Below, piece after piece: positions 48,859 to 58,315 of a DNA stretch of 64,000 nt (within the stretch, counting starts at the first letter, position 1; each line of letters starts with the position of its first letter). This DNA is from Polyangiales bacterium (GTDB lineage: Bacteria; Myxococcota_A; Polyangia; Polyangiales; Ga0077539). Where the stretch lies: positions 384,001 to 448,000 of the forward strand of contig JBGARZ010000004.1 in assembly GCA_044229975.1 (NCBI GenBank). The letters are read 5' to 3'. The translations under genes and the position numbers were made by a program. The notes under the pieces are model-generated. The model was not told the DNA's origin. It did not search any database and worked only from the letters and a program-made list of their open reading frames with translations.

Positions 48859-48968
48859 ATGCCGACCACAGCCTCACGCCGGGCGCTCGTCCGCCAGAGT
48901 CCGTCGCTGTTGCCACCGCGCTCGTTGTCGCCGCCCGTTGTCACCCGAGTTCCTCGTTGTCGTCACTC

Positions 48969-48997
48969 GTTGTCCGTTGTCCGTTGTCCGTTGTCCG
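48969..48997. repeat. Heptamer tandem repeat (GTTGTCC)x4
   Basis: Seen directly, with degenerate GTTGTC units back to about 48909. Confidence 0.8.
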
Positions 48998-49052
48998 CCC
49001 GTTGCTCTTCCGCGGGGCCAATTCACCGCTCAGTGTGTCGTCAATCATTGCC

Positions 49053-49313
49053 CTAGTCAGCGCTGGGTCCAGATGCGACCGCGCGCAACACATCATCACC
49101 AAGAAGATCTGCTGCAACGCGAACGAAGTCACGGATCTGAGCTGGATCACTCGGCGTGCCGTCGGCCAGGATGCCCATATCCGACATCAGGCTGACGGTC
49201 GAGGACTCTCCGCGCTCATTGTATTGCACGACGAATGCTTCGAGAATCTTGTAGGCGTCGCGGAGCGAAACCTGACGATCGAAGATCGGATCATCCAGTC
49301 GTAAGTACCCCAT
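49053..49313 (-). CDS. Small cassette protein, immunity-protein-like
   Basis: 86 aa, GGAGAG RBS, DGTPSDPA..DF motif; lies between attC3 and attC4. Confidence 0.55.
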   Translation of the reverse strand: MGYLRLDDPIFDRQVSLRDAYKILEAFVVQYNERGESSTVSLMSDMGILADGTPSDPAQIRDFVRVAADLLGDDVLRAVASGPSAD

Positions 49314-49337
49314 TGCTGACTCTCCGTAATTTGACCC

Positions 49338-49448
49338 GTCTAACAGAAGCCTTCTTTCGCGCCCGGCCCAGACCACGTTCAGAGATTGCCCCAGCATCGG
49401 TCGCGGTTGCAAGAACCTCGGGCCGGGCGTGAAAGGAGGCCGTTGGAC
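49338..49448 (-). other. attC site 4 (111 bp, different family)
   Basis: Plus strand GTCTAAC..GCCTTCTTTCGCGCCCGGCCC...GGGCCGGGCGTGAAAGGAGGC.GTTGGAC long imperfect hairpin. Confidence 0.7.
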
Positions 49449-49728
49449 AAACTGCGGGGCAGCGCGCCGGAGCGGCACGGTGCTCGCTATGGGATTTGAA
49501 TCGGGACCGAGCCTCCCCAGTGATCGCGGCCGGGGAGGTTGCGCCGCAGTGGCCGTCGGGCGTCGCGTCTGGGTTCTGGGTGCACACCGGGTCTCATCGA
49601 CGTCGACGGGCCTGCCACGAGGCCCCGAGCGCTTGCGGATCGAGCGGGATCGACGGTCGGCGCAAAGCGACCCCAGACCGAGGTCCGAACGGGCCTCGGT
49701 GTGACGACCGCCACGGTGACGGCGACGC

Positions 49729-50937
49729 TCACGACGTGTCTCTCGCGACCGGCACCGTGGCGGTGAGGTCCAAGTCCACCACTGGGGCCAATGACCTCAC
49801 CACGACGAGCTGGCCGACGCCGCAGACCGTGCATTGACCCCGCCGGTGCTCGTCCGTGGGACGTGGCTCCGTGGCCTGTGACCGTGACGGCGTAGCCGCG
49901 GCCTGTTGGAGGGTCCCCAGCAGAGCACGGCACCGCTTCAGGTTCTGCGCCCGGTAGCGGTTCGCGAGCAGTCCGTAGTAGCGAATCCGCACGAAGCCCG
50001 TGGGCAGCACATGCAGCAGGAAGCGGCGGAGAAACTCCCCGCCATCGAGGGTCATGGACTTCTGCCCGCCGGTGGCGTTGTCCCGATAGCGGAAGGTAAC
50101 GGCCTTGTCGTCCATGGACAGGATGCGTCGGTCGCTGATGGCAACACGATGGGTGTAGCGCGCGAGGTACTTGAGGACCTGCTCGGGAGAGCCGAACGGG
50201 GCCTTTGCGTAGACGACCCAGGCACGATCCCGTTGGGCCTTCAGGAAAGCCGCGAAGCCGGCGGGGGTGGCGAGGTCCGCCGTGGCGCCAGCAAACCGGA
50301 GCGCCCCGGTTCGCTGGGCCTTCTGCAGGAAGGCGAGGAACTTGCCGCGAAACAGACGGGTGAGGACGCGGACCGACAGGAAGAAGTTGTCGCGGCTCGG
50401 CACCCAGCGCGATCCGTCGGGCGCGAGACCGCCGCCTGGGACGACACAATGGACATGGGGATGATGAATGAGGGTCTGCGTCCACGTATGAAGAATGGCG
50501 AGGAAGCCGATGTCGGCCCCAAGGTGCGCGGGGTTGGCCGCGACCTCGAGAAGCGTCTCGGCGGCCGCGCGGAGCAGGATCTGATAGACGAGCTTCTTGT
50601 TGCCCAACGCGAGCGCGGCGACCTCGGTTGGCACCGTGAAGACGACATGGAAGTAGGATACCGGAAGGAGTTCTTCGGCACGTGCTTTGAGCCACTGGAC
50701 GCTCTTGTGACCAAGACACGAGGGGCAATGGCGGTTGCCACAGCCGTTGTAGGCCGGGAGCTCGGTGCCGCATGTGTCGCAGCGATACAGGTGTCCCCCG
50801 AGCGCGGCCGTATGGCAGCGCCCCAGGGTGGAGAGAACGGCGCGCTGTGCCGGGGTGACGCCCGCGCCGCTCCGATCGAGCAGGGCGGGGCCGAACCGAC
50901 GGATGACGTCGCCCAGCGTGGGGGTGTCACCGTGCAT
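49729..50937 (-). CDS. IS91-family (Y2 HUH) transposase
   Basis: Zn domain CDTC..CGNRHCPSC; YFHVVFT; LHTW..HPHVHC; YLARY; IRYYG. Confidence 0.95.
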   Translation of the reverse strand: MHGDTPTLGDVIRRFGPALLDRSGAGVTPAQRAVLSTLGRCHTAALGGHLYRCDTCGTELPAYNGCGNRHCPSCLGHKSVQWLKARAEELLPVSYFHVVFTVPTEVAALALGNKKLVYQILLRAAAETLLEVAANPAHLGADIGFLAILHTWTQTLIHHPHVHCVVPGGGLAPDGSRWVPSRDNFFLSVRVLTRLFRGKFLAFLQKAQRTGALRFAGATADLATPAGFAAFLKAQRDRAWVVYAKAPFGSPEQVLKYLARYTHRVAISDRRILSMDDKAVTFRYRDNATGGQKSMTLDGGEFLRRFLLHVLPTGFVRIRYYGLLANRYRAQNLKRCRALLGTLQQAAATPSRSQATEPRPTDEHRRGQCTVCGVGQLVVVRSLAPVVDLDLTATVPVARDTS

Positions 50938-50950
50938 GACGGCACCCGCG

Positions 50951-51814
50951 CTACGACGTCACCTCCTTGAAGTGTGCGATGGCGTCGAGCGGGCTCCTGG
51001 TGGCGGTCACCAGCTTGCGCTGCACATGCGTGTAGATCGCCGTGGTCGACAGGTTGGCGTGGCCGAGCAGGGCCTGAACCGTCCTGAGGTCGACTCCGGC
51101 TTCGAGGGTGTGTGTGGCGAAGCAGTGCCGAAGCGTGTGAGGCGTCGCATGCTTGGAGAGCCCGGCCGTCACACGGGCTCGCTGGCAGGCCTTCTCGATC
51201 GTCGTCACGTGAATCGGCTTGGTCGGGTTCGCGCTTGGGAACAGCCAGGGGCTGCCGGGAACCTTCGGCCGCTGATCACGCCAGTAGATGCGGAGTTTCC
51301 GTAGGAGAACGTCCGAGAGGGGAAGCAGGCGGGGCTTCTGGCCTTTGCCCTGCTCGACGTGGATCAGCATGCGGGCGCTGTCGATGTGCTCGGCCCGGAG
51401 CGCGACGGTCTCCGTGATCCTGAGGCCCGCGGCATAGGCGGTGAGCAGCGCCATGCGATAGACGATCTGGGGGACCGCTTCGATGAGGCGAACGACCTCC
51501 TCCTGACTGAGGACGACGGGGAGCGAACGCGGTTTGCGGCCGTAGGGAATCTGCTCGACCGGCCAGGCCACCTTCAGGGTCACCCGGTAGAGAAACTTCA
51601 GTGCACAGACCGTTTGATTGAACCGCGACCACGACGTCCCCGCGTCGAGCAGGTGGAGCTGGTAGCGGCGCACGTCCTCGGCACCGAGCACATCCGGTGA
51701 GCGCCGGTGGAACGTCGCGAAGCCGATGACGCAGTGGACGTAGGTCTCGATCGTGCGGGGCGAGTAGTTCCGGAGCTTGAGATCGTCGATCATCCTCTGG
51801 CGTAGAATCGTCAT
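50951..51814 (-). CDS. Tyrosine recombinase with N-terminal SAM-like domain
   Basis: LRNYSPRTIETY; AGLRITE; GKG; HTLRH; LLGH; TTAIYTH; no IntI-specific insertion. Confidence 0.95.
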   Translation of the reverse strand: MTILRQRMIDDLKLRNYSPRTIETYVHCVIGFATFHRRSPDVLGAEDVRRYQLHLLDAGTSWSRFNQTVCALKFLYRVTLKVAWPVEQIPYGRKPRSLPVVLSQEEVVRLIEAVPQIVYRMALLTAYAAGLRITETVALRAEHIDSARMLIHVEQGKGQKPRLLPLSDVLLRKLRIYWRDQRPKVPGSPWLFPSANPTKPIHVTTIEKACQRARVTAGLSKHATPHTLRHCFATHTLEAGVDLRTVQALLGHANLSTTAIYTHVQRKLVTATRSPLDAIAHFKEVTS

Positions 51815-52048
51815 GGGAGCCTCCTTGTTGGAAGGCTCCCACGATGACGTCGCCCGCGCGCGGGATCCCCGACGAGCGGACCGAGCTGTCAGGAGAGCAG
51901 CCGCGCCGCAGTCAGTACATCGAAGTGTGCTCGCGCGGACACCACCATGGATGAAGCAACTGGCGAGAAAGGAGCCGAATCGGCATTGCAGACAACTGGC
52001 AAGTAGGGCACGATAGCGATGTCGGTTGAACCACCGCGAAGCGGTTTA

Positions 52049-52176
52049 GTCCAACATCTCAGTAGACTGCCGCCGACTGCCTAAACCCGCAATAGGAGCT
52101 GTTAGCCCGCTGCTGCCTAAACCCCTAATCCACATTGGCGGCACTAGCCCGCCGCTGCCTAATCCCCTCTTAGGCA
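52049..52176 (-). repeat. attI-like site with three CTGCCTAA direct repeats and a TGCCTAA-N7-TTAGGCA palindrome
   Basis: CTGCCTAA(A/T)CCC at 52077, 52113, 52155; palindrome 52156-52176. Confidence 0.55.
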
Positions 52177-52519
52177 TGTCGTCCCGTCCGCCGCCCACCT
52201 GGCGCAACCCGGCCGACGCCTCGACCGACCCCACGGCGGCTCTTCCGCAGCCCCGCTCTGTTGCCCCTCCGACCGACGCCAATGTCGCGCCTCCCCGGGC
52301 CGTCTCTGCGCTCCCGCGCGCCGAGCCTCGCGCGGTGCAACTCCGACTCCCCCTGCTCCCCCACGCGCCCAACATGAACCCGCTCCCCTCCCTTTCGTCC
52401 AAGACCCGCTCTCCGTAGCTACGCCCGTCCTCCTCCCATCGTCAACGCTGTCGCCCCTTCGCCGCCCTCACTCGCCCGTCGCCGCGCCCCCGTGTGAAGA
52501 CCGCGCGTGCTCTCGTCGC

Positions 52520-52703
52520 CCATCCGCATGACTTCGTGTGGTGGCAGTCCCCGGAGCCTACGCCGCGGCGTCAGCGCGCGAGCGAGTGAGCGATCACGTT
52601 CCCGGCCCTCGTCTCTCCGATCCGGAGAGGCCGTGGTTGCGCGCCGCGCTGACGCCGCGGCGTAGGCCCCGGGGACTGCCACCACACGAAGTCATGCGGA
52701 TGG
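52520..52703. repeat. 59-bp inverted repeat (1 mismatch) with 66-bp spacer; MITE/REPIN-like
   Basis: Arms 52520-52578 and 52645-52703; ORFs on both strands begin MVAVPGAYAAASAR. Confidence 0.9.
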
Positions 52704-53047
52704 CCCTCTCGTCTACGATCACCCGCCCGCCCTTCATCTCCCTCGCGTCCGTCGGTGTCCGCAGTCCATCACAAGCGACATCGCCCCCGCCCTGCACGTC
52801 ATCCAGATCTCCGCCGCGGGCGGCGCACCTCTGCGTCGTTCGCACCGACGGCCACGTCCGCTGCTGCGGGCATCGACGCACCCGGTTCGACCGAGCTCCG
52901 CTTCCTCCGTGTCGCGGTGACCGTGGTCCCCGGCATCGACGACGCGCGCGTGCGCCGTGCGCCAGTCGGGCACCGTCGCATGCTGAGCCCTCCCCGGTCG
53001 GAGCACGCGCCCCGACCTCTTCGTCGCCACGCCCGTCTCCGTGGCCG

Positions 53048-53629
53048 TCAGGCGCGGAGCAGCGGCTGGAGGGCGTTGTCGAAGTAGTGCGTGCTCGTGG
53101 CGCCCGCGCCGAAGCTCCGCGCCGAGCGGGCGAGCCGTCGCAGCACGGCGTCGAACTCCGACTCGCTGGTCGGCCGCAGCAACAGCAGCGACCGCAGCAC
53201 CGCCTGGGCATAGCGGTAGAGCGGCGATTGATAGCGGCCGTCGGGTCGCCGTCGCAGCTCGGCGAAGAGCTTCTCGAACTCGGCGTCGCGCACCGTCGGG
53301 ACCAAGGCCGCCGCGAACAACGCCAGCGGCCGCTCGATGAACGCGAACACCAGGTCGTACCCCGGCGGCGGCCTGTCGCCGAACTCCTGCACCACGCGCC
53401 CGCCGCGGAACAACGAGCGCAGCGGCGCGTCACCGAGCGCGTGCAGTGTCATCTCGCCGGAGGCCGCGCCGTGTCGGACGATCCATCCGAGGTCGGGCGC
53501 GGCGGGCCGTCCGTCGCCGTCGGTGGGGAGCATCACCTCCCAGCGGAGCATCTCCACCGGGTCCGTCTCGGAGGCCGAGAGCGCCGCAAGTGAGGTCGGG
53601 TCGACGGTCTGGATGGAGGTGTCGCTCAT
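53048..53629 (-). CDS. Hypothetical protein
   Basis: 193-aa ORF with coding-like codon usage. Confidence 0.65.
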   Translation of the reverse strand: MSDTSIQTVDPTSLAALSASETDPVEMLRWEVMLPTDGDGRPAAPDLGWIVRHGAASGEMTLHALGDAPLRSLFRGGRVVQEFGDRPPPGYDLVFAFIERPLALFAAALVPTVRDAEFEKLFAELRRRPDGRYQSPLYRYAQAVLRSLLLLRPTSESEFDAVLRRLARSARSFGAGATSTHYFDNALQPLLRA

Positions 53630-53714
53630 GCGCTGAAGGAGACATCAGCGGCACGGAGTTCGACAAGCGCACGCGCGCTGCGATTCGGGCAGATGGGTAT
53701 CAGTGACTCAGCCC

Positions 53715-54602
53715 TCACCCCGTCCGCGACGTGCGGACGAAGTCGACGCTGAAGAGCCCGAGCGCGAGCCAGATGCACCCGAAGGCCGCCCAGCGCGCCG
53801 CCGGCATCGGCTCGCCAAACGCGAACACCGCCAACAAGAACTGCAACGTCGGCGACACGTACTGCACGATGCCGAGCGTGGACATCGGGAGCTCGCGCGC
53901 GGCCCGCGCGAACCACACGAGCGGCAGCGCGGTCGCCGGCCCCGACACGGCGAGGAGCGCGAGGGTTCCGGGACCCAGCGCGAAGGCGCCCTGGTGGGTG
54001 GCCGCGAGGCGGGCGAGGTACACGAGCGCGAGCGGCGCGAGCACCAGCGTCTCGACGAGCAGGCCCACCGCGGAGGGAACCGCGGCGAGCTTGCGCAGCA
54101 GGCCGTAGGTCGCGAAGGTCGACGCGAGGACGAGGGCGATCCACGGGAAGGCGGCGCTCGACGCGACGAGGATCGCGACGCCGACGAGCGCGAAGCCGAT
54201 GCTCACCTTCTGCGCGACGCGCAGGCGCTCACGAAACACCACGACGCCGAGCGCGACGTTGACGAGTGGATTGATGAAGTACCCGAGGCTGGCCTCACTC
54301 AGGCGGTGGGTCTGGATCGCGGCGATGTAGGCCACCCAGTTGACGCCGATGAGCACGCTCGACGCGGCGAGCATCGCGCGGGTGCGGCGGTCGCGCAGGG
54401 CGCGCAGTAGGTCGGCGCGGCCGCCGAGCGCGAGCACCAGCACGGTGGCGAGGACGAGCGACCACGCCACGCGGTGCGCGAGGATCTCCACGGGCGACAC
54501 GCCGGTGAGCAGCCGCCAGTAGAGCGGGTTGACGCCCCACGAGGCGTAGGCCGCGAGCGCGAAGAAGAGTCCCGTCGGGGCAGTGGAGCGCGGCGCGGTC
54601 AC
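53715..54602 (-). CDS. rarD: EamA-family transporter RarD
   Basis: EILAHRVAWS, EASLGYFINPLVNV, YGLLRK, LGIVQYVSPTLQF. Confidence 0.92.
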   Translation of the reverse strand: MTAPRSTAPTGLFFALAAYASWGVNPLYWRLLTGVSPVEILAHRVAWSLVLATVLVLALGGRADLLRALRDRRTRAMLAASSVLIGVNWVAYIAAIQTHRLSEASLGYFINPLVNVALGVVVFRERLRVAQKVSIGFALVGVAILVASSAAFPWIALVLASTFATYGLLRKLAAVPSAVGLLVETLVLAPLALVYLARLAATHQGAFALGPGTLALLAVSGPATALPLVWFARAARELPMSTLGIVQYVSPTLQFLLAVFAFGEPMPAARWAAFGCIWLALGLFSVDFVRTSRTG

Positions 54603-54638
54603 GGAGGCGGTGACCGTCTACCACGTTCGACGGGCGCA

Positions 54639-55754
54639 TCACGCGACGCCGTCGCCGCCTCGCTCCACGGTGACCCCGCTCGCGGACAGTTGATCGAGCA
54701 GCCACCGCGCGCCAAACGCCTGCGCCGGCGTCTGAAACCCCGCCGGAAACCCATCCGCCCCGGCGACCGCCGCCGCGCAGATCGCCGCCGCCGCCGCGGT
54801 CACCTCCCCGACGTCGCCGCCCGTCACCAGCACCGCGCGCACCTCCCCGTCGTCCGCCGTCGCCTGCGCCTCCACGGCGAAGCGGGCCGCTCCTCGCGTT
54901 TGCTCGCCTCCGCCTTCGGGCACGAGCCGCATCGCCCACCCGAGGACCGCGCGCAGCCCCGCGCCCACCACCGGCCGTCGCGACAGCCAGCGCAGCGCGC
55001 GCGCAAACGCCGCAAACGCGCCCGGACCCGGCAGCGCCAGCCCCGTTCGGAAGCGCGGCGTCTTCGTCGATCGCGGCGACACGACCGCCTCCACGAGACC
55101 AAACGAGGTCGCGGCGCAGCGCTCGAACGGCGGCGGCAGACTCACCGCCCACCGCTCCGCGCCGACGGGAGCGGGCGCCAGCCGTCCGTCGGTGAAGGTC
55201 CACTCGTAGTCGCCCGATTGCAGACCGCCGAGCAGCGTCCGGAGCGATCCGCGCGACGGCTGCGTGGTCGACGCCACCGTGAGGCGAACGTCCCGGATCG
55301 GGCGGCCCCCCAGCGCCTCGCACGCGAGCACCGCCGCCGCGTCGGACACCACCACGTCGAAGCCGACGCAGCCGATGACGGCCACGCCGCGCGCCCTCGC
55401 TGGTGCATCTCGCGCGATGAGCTGCTGCGCGAACCCAACCTCGCCGCTGATGTCGAGGTAGTGCCGACCTTCGGCGATGGCCGCGTCGAGGACGTGGTGC
55501 CCGTGAACCCCGAACGGGCCCGCGCAGGAGACGACGACGCCGGCCTTGCGAAACGCCTCCCGCAGCGCGACCCCGTCGTCGACGGCGGCCATCGCCCACG
55601 TCGTCCCGTGCGGGAGCTCGGCCGCGAGCGCTTCGAGTCGGGCGCGGTCGCGTCCGACGAGCAGCAACGGCAGGTGCCTCGCGGCCAGCGCGCGCGCGAC
55701 GAGCCGCCCCGTGAAGCCGGTCGCGCCGTAGAGGGCGATCACGGGGGCGGTCAT
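54639..55754 (-). CDS. Saccharopine-dehydrogenase-like oxidoreductase
   Basis: LYGATGFTG, CAGPF, HYLDISGE, GFDVV.SD, GFQTPA. Confidence 0.9.
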   Translation of the reverse strand: MTAPVIALYGATGFTGRLVARALAARHLPLLLVGRDRARLEALAAELPHGTTWAMAAVDDGVALREAFRKAGVVVSCAGPFGVHGHHVLDAAIAEGRHYLDISGEVGFAQQLIARDAPARARGVAVIGCVGFDVVVSDAAAVLACEALGGRPIRDVRLTVASTTQPSRGSLRTLLGGLQSGDYEWTFTDGRLAPAPVGAERWAVSLPPPFERCAATSFGLVEAVVSPRSTKTPRFRTGLALPGPGAFAAFARALRWLSRRPVVGAGLRAVLGWAMRLVPEGGGEQTRGAARFAVEAQATADDGEVRAVLVTGGDVGEVTAAAAAICAAAVAGADGFPAGFQTPAQAFGARWLLDQLSASGVTVERGGDGVA

Positions 55755-55767
55755 CGCGCGCCCCGTG

Positions 55768-56865
55768 TCAGGGGACACAGACGCTCGCGGCGCAACGCTG
55801 GCCGGCCGGGCATGCCCGCCCGCACGTGCCGCAGTGGGCGTCGCTCGTGGTGAGGTCGGTCTCGCAGCCGTTGGTCATGTCGGTGTCGCAGGCCCCGCGG
55901 CCCGCGTTGCAGGCGATGGTGCACGCGCCGGCCGCGCAGCTCGGGGTGCCGCCCGCGCTCGGGCACACGCGCCCGCAGCCCGTCGAGTCAGGACCGCCCG
56001 CGCCGCAGTTGAGCACGTTGGTGGCCGTCATGGTCTCGCACCCGTTGTCGGCGCGCCCGTCGCAGTTGCCGGTGCCCGCCGGGCACACGAGCGGCGACTG
56101 CCGACACATGCCGTCCTCGCACCGCGCCGTGATCCCCACGGGGGGCGTCGGGCACGCGTTGCCGCACGCCCCGCAGTTTGCGAGGTCGGTCGCGGGCGTG
56201 ATGCAGGCGCTTCCGCAGACCTGTTGTCCCGTCGGGCAGGTCACGCACGACCCGGCGACGCAGGCGCGGTTGGGCATGCAGGGCGCGCCGCAGGCGCCGC
56301 AGTTCTCGACGTCGGCGTTGGTGTTGATGCAGCGCGTTCCGCAGAGGGTCTCCCCGGTCGCGCACGCGCAGGTGCCGCCCACGCAGCGCTGGCCCATCGT
56401 GCATGCCCGCCCGCACGCGCCGCAGTGGGCGTTCGAGGAGGTGGTCGGGGTCTCGCAGCCGTTGGTGGTGTTGCCGTCGCAGTCGGCGAAGCCGGCCTCG
56501 CAGGTGAACCCGCAGACGCCGCCGCCGCAGATGCGCTGACTGTTGGCGACCATCGGGCACGCGACGCCGCAGCAGTTGCCCGGCGTCGTGGCGGCGCACC
56601 CGTCGGGGACCACGTCGAAGCCGACGTCGAAGCCGACGTCGACCATGCCCACGTCCTGCACATCGGGCCTGTCCACCGGCGGCGGGCGGTCGATGACCCC
56701 GACGTCGACGACCTCCGCGTCGGGCGACATGACGCACACGTTGTTGACGCAGACCATGCCCACGCCGCACAAGCCACCGCAGGGCCCTCCGTCGAAGACG
56801 GGCGGCGGAGCCTTGTCGGCGCACGCGGCCAGGAGCAGGGCGAAAGCAAAGGGAATCTGGCGCAT
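55768..56865 (-). CDS. Cys-rich repeat lipoprotein (myxobacterial type)
   Basis: Lipobox LAA-C; repeated (H/N)CG.CG..C and CD....NGCET units. Confidence 0.85.
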   Translation of the reverse strand: MRQIPFAFALLLAACADKAPPPVFDGGPCGGLCGVGMVCVNNVCVMSPDAEVVDVGVIDRPPPVDRPDVQDVGMVDVGFDVGFDVVPDGCAATTPGNCCGVACPMVANSQRICGGGVCGFTCEAGFADCDGNTTNGCETPTTSSNAHCGACGRACTMGQRCVGGTCACATGETLCGTRCINTNADVENCGACGAPCMPNRACVAGSCVTCPTGQQVCGSACITPATDLANCGACGNACPTPPVGITARCEDGMCRQSPLVCPAGTGNCDGRADNGCETMTATNVLNCGAGGPDSTGCGRVCPSAGGTPSCAAGACTIACNAGRGACDTDMTNGCETDLTTSDAHCGTCGRACPAGQRCAASVCVP

Positions 56866-57006
56866 CCTCACAACCTACGCCGACGCGGTGGGGGGGCGTC
56901 AACGGTGAGCGCAAATCGCCTGGAGAGTCGGGGATCGACTGCGTGCATCACCCGAAAAACCTCGCTTGTAAGGCGATCTGGTGACGTGTTGTAACCGACG
57001 CTCGCG

Positions 57007-57831
57007 ATGGCAGATCGAGCGGAAGCAACGGCGCGCGACGCTGCCACCACGACCGCACGCTCGGCCGGTGTCCCGCGCATGCGTGTCACCTACCACCCGG
57101 CGTCGTCGCTCAGCGCCCACGAGCGCGACGTCATCTGGGCGCTGCTCTCGCGCTCCGTGCGACGCAACCGCGCCGACTTCGAGGAGAAGCTCGCGCGCAC
57201 CCGCGAGGTGTTTCTCGGGCGCTCGCGTGACGGAACGCTCGTGGCCTTCGGCGCGGTGGACGTCATCGAGGCGGACGTCGGCGCTGGTGTCGAGCCGCTG
57301 CTCTACACCAACTGGGCGGCCATCGATCCGGCGTTTCGCGGCACCAACGTCATCCAGCGCGTCGGCTTCCGTTACTTCCTCCGCGAGCGTGTGCGGCACC
57401 CGCTTCGGCCGATCCACTGGCTCTTCACGGCGTCGACGTACCCGAGCTACCTGCTCCTCGTGCGCAACTACACGACCTACTGGCCACGCGCCGGTGTCGC
57501 GACCCCGACGCGCGTGCTCGCGCTCCTCGACATCGCGATGAGCAAGAGCGAGCGGCCCTCCTGGGACCCTGGCGCCGGCGTCCTGCGCCGCCATGGCGCC
57601 TCGCGCTATCGCGAGGGCGTCGTCGACGACGAGCCCGAGGTGCTCGACCACCCCGTCTTCGGCCCCGCGCTGCGCTTCTACCGCGACCGAAACCTCGGCC
57701 AGGTGGAGGGCGACTCGCTCGCCTGCCTGTGTCCGCTCACGGCCGAAAACTGGTGGTACTGCCTGCGCGTGGCGATGGTCCGCAAGCGACGCGCCCGGCC
57801 TGCGATCAGCGCCCCCGCGGCTCTCCCGTGA
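57007..57831 (+). CDS. Hypothetical protein, GNAT-like fold
   Basis: AAIDPAFRGTNV acetyl-CoA-loop-like motif; FY..RN.G...GD.L.CL. Confidence 0.65.
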   Translation: MADRAEATARDAATTTARSAGVPRMRVTYHPASSLSAHERDVIWALLSRSVRRNRADFEEKLARTREVFLGRSRDGTLVAFGAVDVIEADVGAGVEPLLYTNWAAIDPAFRGTNVIQRVGFRYFLRERVRHPLRPIHWLFTASTYPSYLLLVRNYTTYWPRAGVATPTRVLALLDIAMSKSERPSWDPGAGVLRRHGASRYREGVVDDEPEVLDHPVFGPALRFYRDRNLGQVEGDSLACLCPLTAENWWYCLRVAMVRKRRARPAISAPAALP

Positions 57832-58303
57832 CGCTCGCGCGCAGCGCCTCCAGCGCGCGCTCCATCTCTTCCCGCGTGGGCGACTGCGCTGTCGCCACCT
57901 GACCGAGCATCTCGAAGGCTTCAACCGGGCCCGACGCCACCTTCACCAGCGCCGACTGACCCAACAGAAACAACCCCGCCTTCATCACGCCGCGCACCAC
58001 CGACTGCCACGCCGCGTCGCCCAGCGGGATCGTCACCAGCCGCCGCGCCCTCGGCAGGATGACGTCCATCCCGGCCTTGATCGCCGCGCGCTCCTGCATC
58101 CGCGGCGGGCTCGCGCTCGGCAGCAGGAACTGACACGCCATGATCGTTCCCGACGTCTGTGCGACGAGTCGTTGCGCGACCTCGGTCACGTGACGGATGC
58201 GCTCCGTCCGCGCGGGCGCCTGCCACAGCGTGATCAGCGTGTCGCCCAGCGCGATCGACGCCACGCCGTCGATGCACTCCACCGTCCCCTGGTCATCCGC
58301 CAT
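57806..58303 (-). CDS. Hypothetical protein (STAS/SEC14-like)
   Basis: 165 aa; W..P, PP...ER, VVRGV pattern typical of myxobacterial small sensor-like domains. Confidence 0.55.
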   Translation of the reverse strand: MADDQGTVECIDGVASIALGDTLITLWQAPARTERIRHVTEVAQRLVAQTSGTIMACQFLLPSASPPRMQERAAIKAGMDVILPRARRLVTIPLGDAAWQSVVRGVMKAGLFLLGQSALVKVASGPVEAFEMLGQVATAQSPTREEMERALEALRASVTGEPRGR

Positions 58304-58315
58304 CGCGCGCTCCCC

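Larger units (their letters stand above)
49442..52055 (-). mobile_element. IS91-like element: tyrosine recombinase + HUH transposase
   Basis: Two-gene module bounded by GTTGGACAAAC (49442) and GTTTAGTCCAAC (ends 52055). Confidence 0.8.

Noticed and set aside
45005..48944. Short ORFs sharing NKPMVPTA (45005-45223, 46052-46261, 48648-48944)
   Set aside because: Translations of the attC repeats, not a protein family.
50951..51814. Integron integrase IntI
   Set aside because: 287 aa with no IntI-specific insertion, co-oriented with the cassettes and coupled to an IS91 transposase.
52066..52176. Possible mini-CRISPR array
   Set aside because: Repeats are only about 12-20 bp, imperfect and unevenly spaced, with no cas genes; better explained as recombinase sites.
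55768..56865. Cys-rich protein as a RiPP precursor or multiheme cytochrome
   Set aside because: No CxxCH motifs or maturase nearby; common myxobacterial disulfide-rich repeat.
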